62,179 bases of DNA from Solirubrobacteraceae bacterium (GTDB taxonomy: Bacteria; Actinomycetota; Thermoleophilia; Solirubrobacterales; Solirubrobacteraceae): positions 1 to 62,179 of the forward strand of contig JBAURN010000139.1 in NCBI GenBank assembly GCA_049581225.1, read 5' to 3'. The notes under the pieces are model-generated. The model was given only the letters and a program-made list of their open reading frames with translations, did not search any database and had not been told where the DNA came from. Position numbers and translations under genes: made by a program. This document shows, piece by piece, positions 46,619 to 56,093 of the stretch; positions within the stretch are counted from its first letter, which is position 1; every line of letters begins with the position of its first letter.

Positions 46619-47449
46619 ATGTGCCGCTGGCTCGCATACTCAGGATCTCCGCTCCTTCTCAAGGAAGCGCTGTACGGACCCGCCAATTCGCTGATACAGC
46701 AAAGCCTGCACTCACGGCTCGGCGCCGAGACGACGAACGGCGACGGCTTCGGGGTTGGCTGGTATGGCGTGCCGCCGACTCCAGGCGTCTTCCACAGCAC
46801 CGAGCCTGCCTGGAATGACAAAAACTTGCACGAGCTCGCCGACCACATCAGCTCGTCGAACTTCTTCGCTCATATTCGGGCGGCAATCGGTAGCTCCGTC
46901 CAGCAAACGAACTGCCACCCGTTCCGCCATGACAGCTGGCTGTTCATGCACAACGGCTACATCAACGAGTTCGCCACGATTAAGCGCGACCTCGTGCTCG
47001 CCGTCGATCCATCTCTGTATCCGCGGATCGCGGGACAGACCGACTCCGAGATCCTGTTCTTTCTAGCCCTTACCTTCGGCCTGCGGGACGACCCGCCCGC
47101 CGCGGTAGAGCGCGCCATTGGGCTAGTTGAGGAGGTGGCGGGTCGGCATGGGATAGCCAATCCGTTTCAGGGCACGATCGCCACCACCAGCGGCGAGGCC
47201 ATCTGGGCATTCCGGTATTCGAGCGAGGGAAAGTCCCGTTCGCTCTTCTACACGACCGACGTGCCGACGCTGCGCAAGCTCTATCCCAAGCGGGAGCTGT
47301 ACGAGCAGGTCTCAGAGGACTCACACATGGTGGTCTCCGAGCCGCTTGGCGACATCCCGGGCGTGTGGAACGAAGTGCCCGAGGCGACCTGCCGGATCGT
47401 GGGTCAAGGCCACGACGAGCAGCGGCCATTCCGCCCGAGGACCTCATGA
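46619..47449 (+). CDS. Class II glutamine amidotransferase (YafJ/EgtC-like)
   Basis: N-terminal MCRW, NGDGFGVGWY, AHIRA, NCHPF, FMHNG, TDSE. Confidence 0.9.
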   Translation: MCRWLAYSGSPLLLKEALYGPANSLIQQSLHSRLGAETTNGDGFGVGWYGVPPTPGVFHSTEPAWNDKNLHELADHISSSNFFAHIRAAIGSSVQQTNCHPFRHDSWLFMHNGYINEFATIKRDLVLAVDPSLYPRIAGQTDSEILFFLALTFGLRDDPPAAVERAIGLVEEVAGRHGIANPFQGTIATTSGEAIWAFRYSSEGKSRSLFYTTDVPTLRKLYPKRELYEQVSEDSHMVVSEPLGDIPGVWNEVPEATCRIVGQGHDEQRPFRPRTS

Positions 47450-48795
47450 GCTCAAGGGCGGTGCGGCTGTCGTGGCTGTCCCGTCTCGCCGCGGTCGTTG
47501 CGCTCCTCGCGCCGATTGTCATGGTGGTGGTGGCCGCTGTCGCATTGGCGGGCGATGTGCCGGTCGCTGTCCTGGCGGTCGTGCTGTTGCTGGTCTGTAG
47601 TGCGTTCATCTGGGTTTCCTTGACCCGTCACGGCCCGTGGCGGGCGCTCAGCGCCGCGCTGGCCGCGCTGAGCGGGATTGGGCTGATCGTGGTGCTGGTG
47701 GCCAACTGGCAAGGTGTGGTCGTGCTCGCCGCGCTGCTCTTGCTGCTGGCCGCTTTCGGACTCGCAGCGCGCTACGCGCTGGGCCTGACCGGGAAGACGG
47801 CCGCCGCCGGCGTCCTTGGGGCGGTTGTGCCGGTGGGCGCCGCCGGATCGGCGGTGCTGATCATCAACTTGAAGTCGGGTGGGGGTAAGGCCGAGCGCTT
47901 TGACCTTGTCGCTCAAGCCCGGAGACGGGGTATCGAGCCGGTTGTTCTGGGACCCGGCGATGACCTGCTCGAGCTCGCCGAGAGCGCCATCGCACGCGGT
48001 GCGCAGGTGATCGGGATGGCCGGTGGCGACGGCTCGCAGGCGCTCGTTGCGACGGTTGCCGCTCGGTACGATATAGCCCACGTCTGTATCCCCGCGGGGA
48101 CCCGGAACCATTTCGCCCTGGACCTTGGGCTTGACCGCGATGACGTCGTGGGAGCGCTTGATGCGTTCACGGATGGCGTCGAGCGGCGCATCGATCTTGC
48201 ACGTGTAAACGACCGCGTGTTCGTCAACAACGCCTCACTCGGTGTGTATGCCAAGGTCGTCCAGTCCGAGGCCTATCGCGATGCCAAGCTCGAGACCTGG
48301 ACTGACATGCTGCCCGACCTGCTGGGCCCCGATGCGGAGCCGATCGATCTCGAGCTCACCGCTCCGGACGGGAGTCGCCGCGACGATGCACCGCTCGTGC
48401 TGGTATCGAACAATCCGTATCGGCTGGCGAGCCTTGCCGGTGCGGGCACCCGCGAGCGAATCGACACGGGCCAGCTCGGTGTCGTAGCCGCGCGGGTACG
48501 CAGCGCCGCCGACGTGTCAAAGCTCGTCGCGCTCGAGATGGTTGGCCAGGCGGGTCGCTTTCCCGGCCTTCTGTCGTGGGCGACTCAGGAGTTCGAAGTT
48601 CGCAGCGCCGGTCCGGTAGAGGTTGGGCTCGACGGTGAGGCGCTCGTGCTGGATCCACCCTTGCGCTTCGTGTCGCTCCCCGGCGCGCTGCGGGTGCGGC
48701 TGCCCAGCGGAGTCGGCCTGCCGCCGGCCGCGAGGGCTGTGGCGCTGACTAAGGACAACCTGGGTGTGCTTCTACGGGTGGCAGCCGGCCGGTGA
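47446..48795 (+). CDS. Membrane-anchored diacylglycerol kinase family protein
   Basis: N-terminal transmembrane helices; NLKSGG, AGGDGS, PAGTRNHFALDLG, DGE. Confidence 0.88.
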   Translation: MSSRAVRLSWLSRLAAVVALLAPIVMVVVAAVALAGDVPVAVLAVVLLLVCSAFIWVSLTRHGPWRALSAALAALSGIGLIVVLVANWQGVVVLAALLLLLAAFGLAARYALGLTGKTAAAGVLGAVVPVGAAGSAVLIINLKSGGGKAERFDLVAQARRRGIEPVVLGPGDDLLELAESAIARGAQVIGMAGGDGSQALVATVAARYDIAHVCIPAGTRNHFALDLGLDRDDVVGALDAFTDGVERRIDLARVNDRVFVNNASLGVYAKVVQSEAYRDAKLETWTDMLPDLLGPDAEPIDLELTAPDGSRRDDAPLVLVSNNPYRLASLAGAGTRERIDTGQLGVVAARVRSAADVSKLVALEMVGQAGRFPGLLSWATQEFEVRSAGPVEVGLDGEALVLDPPLRFVSLPGALRVRLPSGVGLPPAARAVALTKDNLGVLLRVAAGR

Positions 48796-48836
48796 GCCAC
48801 CGGGCCGGGGCTCACCGCCGAAACTGACCCGATGGC

Positions 48837-50555
48837 ATGAACGGACGAGTTTCGACCCGAGTCGAGCGTTGGGTGCCGGGCATTCGGGTCGCCCGAACCT
48901 ATCGGCGCTCATGGCTACGAGCGGATCTAGTCGCAGGCGTTGTGCTGGCGGCGATTCTCGTTCCGCAGGGCATGGCGTATGCCGAGCTGGCCGGGCTTCC
49001 GGCGGCGACTGGTCTCTATACGACGATCGCGTGTCTGGTCGGCTACGCCGTGTTCGGGCCCTCCAGAGTGCTGGTGTTGGGACCCGATTCCTCGATCTCG
49101 CCTCTGATCCTCGCCGCCATCACCCCACTGTTGATAACCGGAAATCCCGCAAGCGCGATCGCCCTGGCCGGCATGCTCGCCATATTGGTGGGACTTACCG
49201 AGATCGGCCTAGGGTTGGGGAAGCTCGGGTTCGTCGCCGACCTGCTGTCAAAGGAGGTGCAGGTCGGATACATGAACGGCCTTGCTATCACGATCATCGT
49301 CGGCCAGCTGCCAAAGCTGTTTGGGTTCTCCACGGATGCCGATTCCTTCCTCGCAGAGCTGCGCGCTTTCGCAGAGCACCTCGATGAGACGCAGACGACG
49401 ACGCTCCTCGTCGGTGTCGCTGTGCTGGCCCTCCTGCTGGTGCTGCCGCGCGTCACCACCCGGCTGCCCGCGGTGCTGGTCGGAGTCGTTGGCGCCACCG
49501 TCGCCTCAGCTGTGTTTGGGCTCTCCGGCAAAGGCGTGGCCACTGTAGGCGCATTGCCCCAGGGGATTCCCACTCCCACCCTTCCGTGGACGAGCGCCGG
49601 CGATGTCGTTCCCCTGCTTGTCGCCGCGGTGGGAATCACGCTCGTGTCCTTGACCGACACGATCGCCACCGCGACCAGTTTCGCGGCCCGACGCGGTGAA
49701 GAGGTCGAGCCCAACCAAGAGATGATCGGAATGGGTGCGGCGAACATCGCCGCGGGACTCTTCCAGGGCTTTGCAATATCGACCAGCGGCTCACGGACGG
49801 CGGTAGCCGAACAGTCAAAAGCCAAGAGCCAGCTCACCGGCGTGGTGGGTGCCGCTCTGGTCGTGGTGCTCCTGCTATTCCTCAACTCGCTGCTGGCCGA
49901 CCTGCCGCAAACGGCACTGGCCGCCGTGGTGATCGTCGCCGCGCTGTCATTGACGGATGTAAGCATCTTGCGTCTCTACCTGCGTGTTCGCAAGAGCGCG
50001 TTCGCGGTGTCCCTCGTAGCGACCGCCGGTGTGATCCTGCTCGGAGTGCTGCAGGGCATTGTGGTCGCCGTCACGCTCGCGATTCTGCTCTTTTTCAGAC
50101 GCAACTGGTGGCCTCACGGCGCTGTTTTGGGCAAGCTCGAAGGCCAGGATGGGTGGCACGACATTGGCACTCATCCGGAAGCGAAGCAGATCCCCGGTGT
50201 TGTGGTGTATCGCTGGGAGGCGCCCTTGTTCTTCGCCAACGCCGGCGCCTTCCGGCTGGAGATCCGCAAACTCGTGCGCGACCGCGAGCCGCGTTGGGTG
50301 GTCCTGCAGTGCGAGGCCGTCACCGACGTCGATGTCACCGCCGCCGAGATGCTCGAGCAGCTCGACAATGAGCTCAATGCCGCCGGGACCCACTTGGCGT
50401 TTGCGGAGATGCGCAGCCGCCTCCAGGACCTCACGTTGCGCTACGGCCTCCTGGAGACCCTCGATCGCGAGCATTTCTACCCCACGCTCGAGGCCGCTCT
50501 CGAGGAGATCCAAGCTTCTTCTTCAGCCGGCCAGCCGTTTGCGGGTAACCCCTAG
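48837..50555 (+). CDS. SulP family anion transporter with STAS domain
   Basis: DLVAG...PQGMAYA..AGLP..GLY, SGSRT, APLFFANA, DVT. Confidence 0.92.
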   Translation: MNGRVSTRVERWVPGIRVARTYRRSWLRADLVAGVVLAAILVPQGMAYAELAGLPAATGLYTTIACLVGYAVFGPSRVLVLGPDSSISPLILAAITPLLITGNPASAIALAGMLAILVGLTEIGLGLGKLGFVADLLSKEVQVGYMNGLAITIIVGQLPKLFGFSTDADSFLAELRAFAEHLDETQTTTLLVGVAVLALLLVLPRVTTRLPAVLVGVVGATVASAVFGLSGKGVATVGALPQGIPTPTLPWTSAGDVVPLLVAAVGITLVSLTDTIATATSFAARRGEEVEPNQEMIGMGAANIAAGLFQGFAISTSGSRTAVAEQSKAKSQLTGVVGAALVVVLLLFLNSLLADLPQTALAAVVIVAALSLTDVSILRLYLRVRKSAFAVSLVATAGVILLGVLQGIVVAVTLAILLFFRRNWWPHGAVLGKLEGQDGWHDIGTHPEAKQIPGVVVYRWEAPLFFANAGAFRLEIRKLVRDREPRWVVLQCEAVTDVDVTAAEMLEQLDNELNAAGTHLAFAEMRSRLQDLTLRYGLLETLDREHFYPTLEAALEEIQASSSAGQPFAGNP

Positions 50556-50559
50556 CAAC

Positions 50560-50820
50560 CTATGTATTGAGGATCTTTGCCTTGGCGGATGCGAACTCTT
50601 CGTCGGTTAGAACACCCGATTCGTGGAGTCCGCCGAGCTCCTTCAGCTTCGCTATCGGGTCTTCCTGCGTGGGCGCAGGCGCCTGTGGCTGTTGCTGTTC
50701 GTCCTGCTGTTGTTCCTGTGCCGCCCACCTTCCTTCTTGGCGGCGACTCACGCGGTTGGATACGGCCGTTGCAGTACCGGCAATAGCGGCTGTGCGGGCA
50801 ATACCGCGAAGTAGTGGCAT
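50560..50820 (-). CDS. SHOCT-domain protein
   Basis: ARTAAIAGTATAVSNRVSRRQ...LKELGGLHESGVLTDEEFASAKAKIL; AAGGAAAGG RBS. Confidence 0.85.
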   Translation of the reverse strand: MPLLRGIARTAAIAGTATAVSNRVSRRQEGRWAAQEQQQDEQQQPQAPAPTQEDPIAKLKELGGLHESGVLTDEEFASAKAKILNT

Positions 50821-50838
50821 ATTGCCTTTCCTTTCGGT

Positions 50839-50920
50839 TCAGGATGCCGCATCGGCGGCATCGAGCGCGTCGACTGTGTCAAGAATCTCCTGGGCTGGGA
50901 CTCGCTGGAAGGCGAGCAGG
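50839..50920 (-). pseudogene. Possible DUF6325-type C-terminal remnant
   Basis: LLAFQRVPAQEILDTVDALD directly upstream of the SHOCT gene. Confidence 0.35.
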
Positions 50921-51099
50921 CGGGGACGCCAGGTTATCGACGATGCCAGAGAGTGTATAGGGGCAGTCAATAGTCGGGCAACTCTCACGCACGGATCCGG
51001 TGCCGCCGGACGACAAGCGTCACAGTGACAGCTGCATTCAGTGGGGTCCGGGCTGGACAAATCCGCACGCATGATTGAATCTGTCTGGGGTGAAGGCCG

Positions 51100-51372
51100 G
51101 TGGATAGCGAGAACAGCATGAGCGACGTTACTGGCGAAGAGCGCCTGCGCCGCTTGATCGCGGTTGGCCGGTCGCTAGTATCCGAGTTCGGTCTCGACAC
51201 GCTGCTCTCGCAACTGTTGGAGGTTGCGCGCGAGTTGGCAGGAGCGCATTACGCGACGCTCGGTGTCCTTGACGAAGAGCAGCGCGAAATCGAGCGCTTC
51301 TCACGCGTGGGATCGACCCGGCAACGCATTCGGGCGATAGGCGATCCGCCCAGGGCGCGCAGGGGAGCCTGA
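51100..51372 (+). pseudogene. GAF-domain sensor kinase N-terminal fragment (DevS-like)
   Basis: RLRRLIAVGRSLVSE..LDTLL...ARELAGAHYATLGVLD...IGDPP, then ends. Confidence 0.65.
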
Positions 51373-51529
51373 TCGGCGCGGGAGCCCGTGCCACTCACCA
51401 GGCGCGGATCCGGGCTGCGGCAAGTTACTACTGAAAGGGCTCGGATAAATACTGATGGCGGTTCGATCTGCTCGGATTACAGTTCAGTGGACCCATCGAC
51501 AAACTGAGCTTGAGCAAAGGGAGGTCGGT

Positions 51530-51961
51530 ATGGCCGATCAAGGTGAGTTCGTTCCCACGCGAACGCGGGACAAGGGCAATGCGGTTGAAGGCGGTGGCTG
51601 GCTTCTGTTTGCCTCGATCATGGTCATGATCGCTGGCGTGTTGAACATTATCTGGGGCATCGCGGCGATCAGCAACTCGAAGTTCTTCACCCAGAACACA
51701 ACCTACATCTTGAGCGACCTCAACACATGGGGCTGGATCGTTTTGATCATCGGGGCACTTGAGTTGTTCGCTGCGTATTCGATCCTCGTCGGCGGACAGT
51801 ATGGCCGATGGCTGGGCATCCTTATGGCCAGTATCAACTCGATCGCCGCCTTGATGTCGATCCCCGCGTACCCGTTCTGGTCGCTGTGCCTATTCGCGAT
51901 AGACATTCTGATCATCTACGGTCTAGCCGCCTATGGTGGGCAACGCAAGGACGTCGTCTGA
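51530..51961 (+). CDS. Four-helix membrane protein (DUF7144-like)
   Basis: GWLLFASIMV..AG, WGWI, PAYPFWS, IIYGL; GGAGG RBS. Confidence 0.75.
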   Translation: MADQGEFVPTRTRDKGNAVEGGGWLLFASIMVMIAGVLNIIWGIAAISNSKFFTQNTTYILSDLNTWGWIVLIIGALELFAAYSILVGGQYGRWLGILMASINSIAALMSIPAYPFWSLCLFAIDILIIYGLAAYGGQRKDVV

Positions 51962-52113
51962 GCGGCCGACACTCATGAGAAGCCGACACAGCATGGCGTC
52001 GAGAACCAGCCGCCGTGGATGCCCAGGGGTGCGACTCGGCGCACAGGCTCGTGACGACACAAGAAACACGCGGAGGCCGACGGCGCAAAGAAACGCGTCA
52101 ATCAGATCGATCT

Positions 52114-53595
52114 TTAGCGAACGACAACCCCTCGGGTGACCGTTGCTGCCGCGCCGTGCAGTGACGTGAGCGTGATCTTCACCGTGAGCGCCAAGCGCCG
52201 GTGGCGGCGCCGCGTGGCCTTGCCCCTCGAGTTCAGGGTCAGCACGAATGTGAGCTTGCCCTCACGTAGGGAGGAGCGCACGAGCCTGCCGACGGGCGCG
52301 GCAACGCCCTTGGTGAACAGCTCAACCTGAAGCTGGCCTCCAGAACCGGCCGAGGACACAACCATGGACCCACGCACCACTCCGCCGTGTTGAGTGGATG
52401 CAAGCTTGACTGACCCAAACAGCGGGCCGGGAGCAAGTTCGGTCGTTGGTTGCCCAGGAGACGGTGAGCTTGAGGTTGTCGCCGCAGGGTTGCCGCCAGT
52501 GGTGGGGATCGGCGTCGGTGACAGTTCTTTCGCGGGAGGTTCTTTCGCGGGAGGTTCTTTCGTCGGTGGGGTGGAGGCGGCCATGAATGTGAGGTCATTG
52601 CCCTGAACCGATCCCAATTGGTTTTTCGCGACGAGCCGGAAGTGGTATTCGCCGTCGGGTGTCAGGCCGGTCACGGTCACTGATACCTGGTGTTCTGCAC
52701 CGTCGGATGGCAGGCTCACCACTTTGGTGGTGTGTTCGTAGGCTCCACCGGAGCCGGTGCCCCATTCGAAGAGGTATTCGGCCGCGGCGCCGCCCTCCGG
52801 ATCGACTTTGCCGTTGAGCGTCGCTTCGGTTTCCCCCAGGGCGGAGGCCGCGAGGGTGCTTGCTGTCGGCTTTGCGGCTGGAGGGGTCGTGAATGTCTGT
52901 GGACCACCGGACACGGTCTGGCTCGCGCCATAGCTCACAATCAGTTCGAAGTGATATTCGGTGTCTGGAAGCAGGTCGCTTACTGGGAGCGAAACCGAGT
53001 GGATTGTGAAGTCGGCGGCATCGAGGCTGGTTGAGGCGCTTGAGTGTTCGGTGACGCTTGCGCTGCCGTAGACAAAGTGATATTCGGTTGAGTTGCCTTC
53101 CGGTTCGATGCTCCCCGTGAGTGTCGCTTCGGTCTGGTGCTGAGGGCTGGTTGGCGTCGTTTTGGCCTTGGCGGGACCTGCGACCACGATTTCGTATTTG
53201 GTGTAGTTGTCGACACCGTCGTTGAAGAGGGTCGAGCTTTCGAAGTCGTAGGTGCCCGGCGTTGTGAACGTGCACTTTCCTTCCCAGCCCGTCGCCTTCG
53301 GGGTCGGGGCTACGGGAACTGGAGATTCGCACGCAGGAAGGGTGCCGGGCGTGCCGGCCCATGCGATGTTGGCTTCTTTACCGTGATCGACGAACATGAC
53401 GGTGCCGCCAGAGGCAACCGTCGTCTTGAAAGCCGGCTGGTTGGATCCCGGGGTCGCCCAGCACGGCCAGTCGAGCTCCACGCAGTTTTGGTTCACTTCG
53501 AGCTTCGCTTCCGAGGCGGTGGCCAATGCCGGAACGGCAATGGCCGCTCCCAGCAGAGCAGCAAAGGTGAAAAGCAACAGCATGCGCGATCTCAC
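52114..53595 (-). CDS. Secreted protein: cupredoxin-like domain, two FN3-like repeats, basic C-terminal domain
   Basis: Signal peptide; FTTPGTYDF; TEATLxG..PEG / L.P..EYHF repeats; PPAKE repeats. Confidence 0.75.
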   Translation of the reverse strand: MRSRMLLLFTFAALLGAAIAVPALATASEAKLEVNQNCVELDWPCWATPGSNQPAFKTTVASGGTVMFVDHGKEANIAWAGTPGTLPACESPVPVAPTPKATGWEGKCTFTTPGTYDFESSTLFNDGVDNYTKYEIVVAGPAKAKTTPTSPQHQTEATLTGSIEPEGNSTEYHFVYGSASVTEHSSASTSLDAADFTIHSVSLPVSDLLPDTEYHFELIVSYGASQTVSGGPQTFTTPPAAKPTASTLAASALGETEATLNGKVDPEGGAAAEYLFEWGTGSGGAYEHTTKVVSLPSDGAEHQVSVTVTGLTPDGEYHFRLVAKNQLGSVQGNDLTFMAASTPPTKEPPAKEPPAKELSPTPIPTTGGNPAATTSSSPSPGQPTTELAPGPLFGSVKLASTQHGGVVRGSMVVSSAGSGGQLQVELFTKGVAAPVGRLVRSSLREGKLTFVLTLNSRGKATRRRHRRLALTVKITLTSLHGAAATVTRGVVVR

Positions 53596-53599
53596 GGTC

Positions 53600-54460
53600 T
53601 CAACCTCCCACGTGCAGGGTCACGGATCTGGTGACGCTCGTGGCTTCTCCGTAGAACGGGGTGAGCGTGATCTTCACCTTCAACGCCAGGTGACGGTGGC
53701 GTTTGAGCGCTCGCCTTGCCTTGGTATTGAGCTTCACCGAGAAGGACCGTTGACCGGCGCTAACCGAAGCGCTCACGAATCGCCCGACCACCTGTGTTGC
53801 GTGCCGGAGCTTCGCCAGCGAGGCGGTGGTGGCGATGAGATCGACCTCGAGGCGATCTCCGGTGCCGGCCTTTGATATCTCGAGGGAGCCCTTAACGGTG
53901 CTACCACCTTGGCTTGAGCTGATCCTCGGCGCACCGGACAGCGGCGATTCCATCGGGGTTTCGCCGCCTGGAGCTGGGCTGGATGTGGTTGTACTCGGGG
54001 TCGAGCCGCCTCCTCCGGTGGAGGTGGAGGGCGTCGTGGTCGAAGCTTCGACTACGATTTCGTATTTGGTGTAGTTGTCGACGCCGTCGTTGAAGAGGGT
54101 CGAGCTTTCGAAGTTGTAGGTGCCCGGGGTTGCGAATGTGCACTTCCCTTCCCAGCCCGTCTTGGGCGACGCCGGCGCGACGGGCACTGCCGATTCGCAC
54201 GTCGGTGCGGCGCTGGTCCAAGCGATGTTCGCAGCCGTCTTGCTGTCGACGAAAGCGATCGAGCCGCCGCTTGCGATCGTGACCTTCGACGCCGGCTGGC
54301 TCGATCCCGGAGTCGCCCAGCACGGCCAATCGGGATCGACGCAGTTTTCGTTGACTTCGAGCTTCGCTTCGGACGGGCTGGCAGCGAGTGCGGGCAGCAC
54401 GGCCATCGCCGCTCCCAACAGTGCCGCAAGGGCGAAAAGCAAAAGCGTGCGAAGCCTCAT
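53600..54460 (-). CDS. Secreted paralog: cupredoxin-like domain plus basic C-terminal domain
   Basis: Signal peptide; N-terminal domain highly similar to that of 52114-53595. Confidence 0.75.
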   Translation of the reverse strand: MRLRTLLLFALAALLGAAMAVLPALAASPSEAKLEVNENCVDPDWPCWATPGSSQPASKVTIASGGSIAFVDSKTAANIAWTSAAPTCESAVPVAPASPKTGWEGKCTFATPGTYNFESSTLFNDGVDNYTKYEIVVEASTTTPSTSTGGGGSTPSTTTSSPAPGGETPMESPLSGAPRISSSQGGSTVKGSLEISKAGTGDRLEVDLIATTASLAKLRHATQVVGRFVSASVSAGQRSFSVKLNTKARRALKRHRHLALKVKITLTPFYGEATSVTRSVTLHVGG

Positions 54461-54816
54461 CGTGAACCCACCTTTTCTCGTACTGGATATCCATATGGCA
54501 ATCGCCGACTGGTTGCCGTGCTTGTCACGGCGGCGTCCCGGCCGTCTACCCTCAAGACTCCCGAGCGCCGAGATCCTTCCCGCTGCGCTTCGCTGACCGC
54601 GGAATGAGGCGGTCGCCGCGTCTCAAGCGCAACGCTGCTCGTCTGGCAAGCTGGAGGGCTTACGACACGACTGCCTCATGAGCTCCCTCGACCGCCGGTC
54701 TGATCGGGGCAAGGGGGCCACAGCCGCGCTGGTGTTCGGGAAGGTTCGCGGCATGGCGGTGTCTATAGGCAGAGATAACAGTCACGCGTCCGAGCACCGA
54801 CACATTCGGAGGAACC

Positions 54817-55272
54817 ATGAAGCGAACCCATGTTTTTTTGGCCGTCGCCTTGGCAAGCACGGCAAGCGCGACGATGGTCGCCAGTGCACAGAGCAGCCTT
54901 CCGGCCGCTCACTCGAGCAGCGCCGCAACGGTCCAGCTGCGCCACACGAGCCTCGGCAGCATCCTCGTCAGCAGCTCGGGCCGCACGCTGTACGAGTTCA
55001 CCAGGGATCGCTCCAACAAGAACAGTTGCGCGGTGATCAGCGGGTGCTCGGCAGTATGGCCTTCGCTGAAAGCAAGCGGTCGCCCGACGGCCGGCTCGGG
55101 CGTCAAGGCTTCGCTCCTATCCACGACCGGCGGCCATCAGGTGAACTATGCAGGTCATCCGCTCTACACCTACAGTGGCGATAGCGGTCCCGCGAAGACC
55201 TCCTACGTCGGCGCCAAAACGTTCGGCGGCACGTGGTATGCGATCAACGCCTCTGGAGGCACGGTCAAGTAG
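54817..55272 (+). CDS. Secreted COG4315 (Yx(FWY)xxD repeat) protein
   Basis: GRTLYEFTRD, C..GCSAVWP, QVNYAGHPLYTYSGD, GGTWY. Confidence 0.85.
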   Translation: MKRTHVFLAVALASTASATMVASAQSSLPAAHSSSAATVQLRHTSLGSILVSSSGRTLYEFTRDRSNKNSCAVISGCSAVWPSLKASGRPTAGSGVKASLLSTTGGHQVNYAGHPLYTYSGDSGPAKTSYVGAKTFGGTWYAINASGGTVK

Positions 55273-55375
55273 CCCGCGAGCTGAGGCCAGGCGCCGGTCT
55301 GCTCCAGGGTCGGGAAGCGTTAGTGGGCGTGCGTGTCACGCCCACGAACGCTGCGCCGCTGATCAGCAGCGAACG

Positions 55376-55957
55376 CTAGTAGCCGTAGCCGCCGCTCGAG
55401 GATTCTCCTGAGGAGCCGCCCGTGCTCGGGGCGGGTGTCGCCGGGGTGCTGCTTGTGCTCGTCCCGGTGGTGCGATTGGAGCTGGTCGTGACGGCGCTCC
55501 AGGTGCCTACGTCCTTGATGCCCTGGCCCTTGGTTTCACCGGATTGTTGGTCTCCGGTGAACGTGTAGAGCGGTGTGCCCTTATAGGTGACCTGCACGGT
55601 CCCGTCGGGGCGCTTCACGGTGCCGAGCGAGCTGACTTCGCCACTGGGAGTCCCGGTGGACGGGGCAATCAGCGGATGCCATATACCGAGACAGGCCGTG
55701 CTGGTGCAAATGAACTTGCCGTTCTGCTCGCCACTGAGGTGATACAGCGTCATCCCCTGGCTGTCGACCAGGATTGTGCCGAGCGGATTGGCGAGGCTCC
55801 TAACGAGTACGGCCCTTGACGAGCCACTGCCTGTCTGCGCGGCTGGCTGTGTGCCGGCGACCGAGCTGGTCGTGTTGCTGGAGGAGCTGCTGCCGCAGGC
55901 GACGATCAGGAGCGACGCGGCGATTGCTGGTAGGGAGAACTTCAGTAGGTGGCGCAT
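55376..55957 (-). CDS. COG4315 lipoprotein
   Basis: Lipobox IVAC; GMTLY, CTSTACLGIWHP, QVTYKGTPLYTFTGD. Confidence 0.85.
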   Translation of the reverse strand: MRHLLKFSLPAIAASLLIVACGSSSSSNTTSSVAGTQPAAQTGSGSSRAVLVRSLANPLGTILVDSQGMTLYHLSGEQNGKFICTSTACLGIWHPLIAPSTGTPSGEVSSLGTVKRPDGTVQVTYKGTPLYTFTGDQQSGETKGQGIKDVGTWSAVTTSSNRTTGTSTSSTPATPAPSTGGSSGESSSGGYGY

Positions 55958-56093
55958 ATGTCCACTCCTTGCTTGCTTACGTGAGGGTGAGGCTTTGAGG
56001 GACTGCCTCTCTCACTAGAAGACTCCGCTTTCGGCGTGTTCCTTTCAGATGCAGGAACACGCCGAGGGCGCAATCCAGAGGTCCAGCGCCCTG

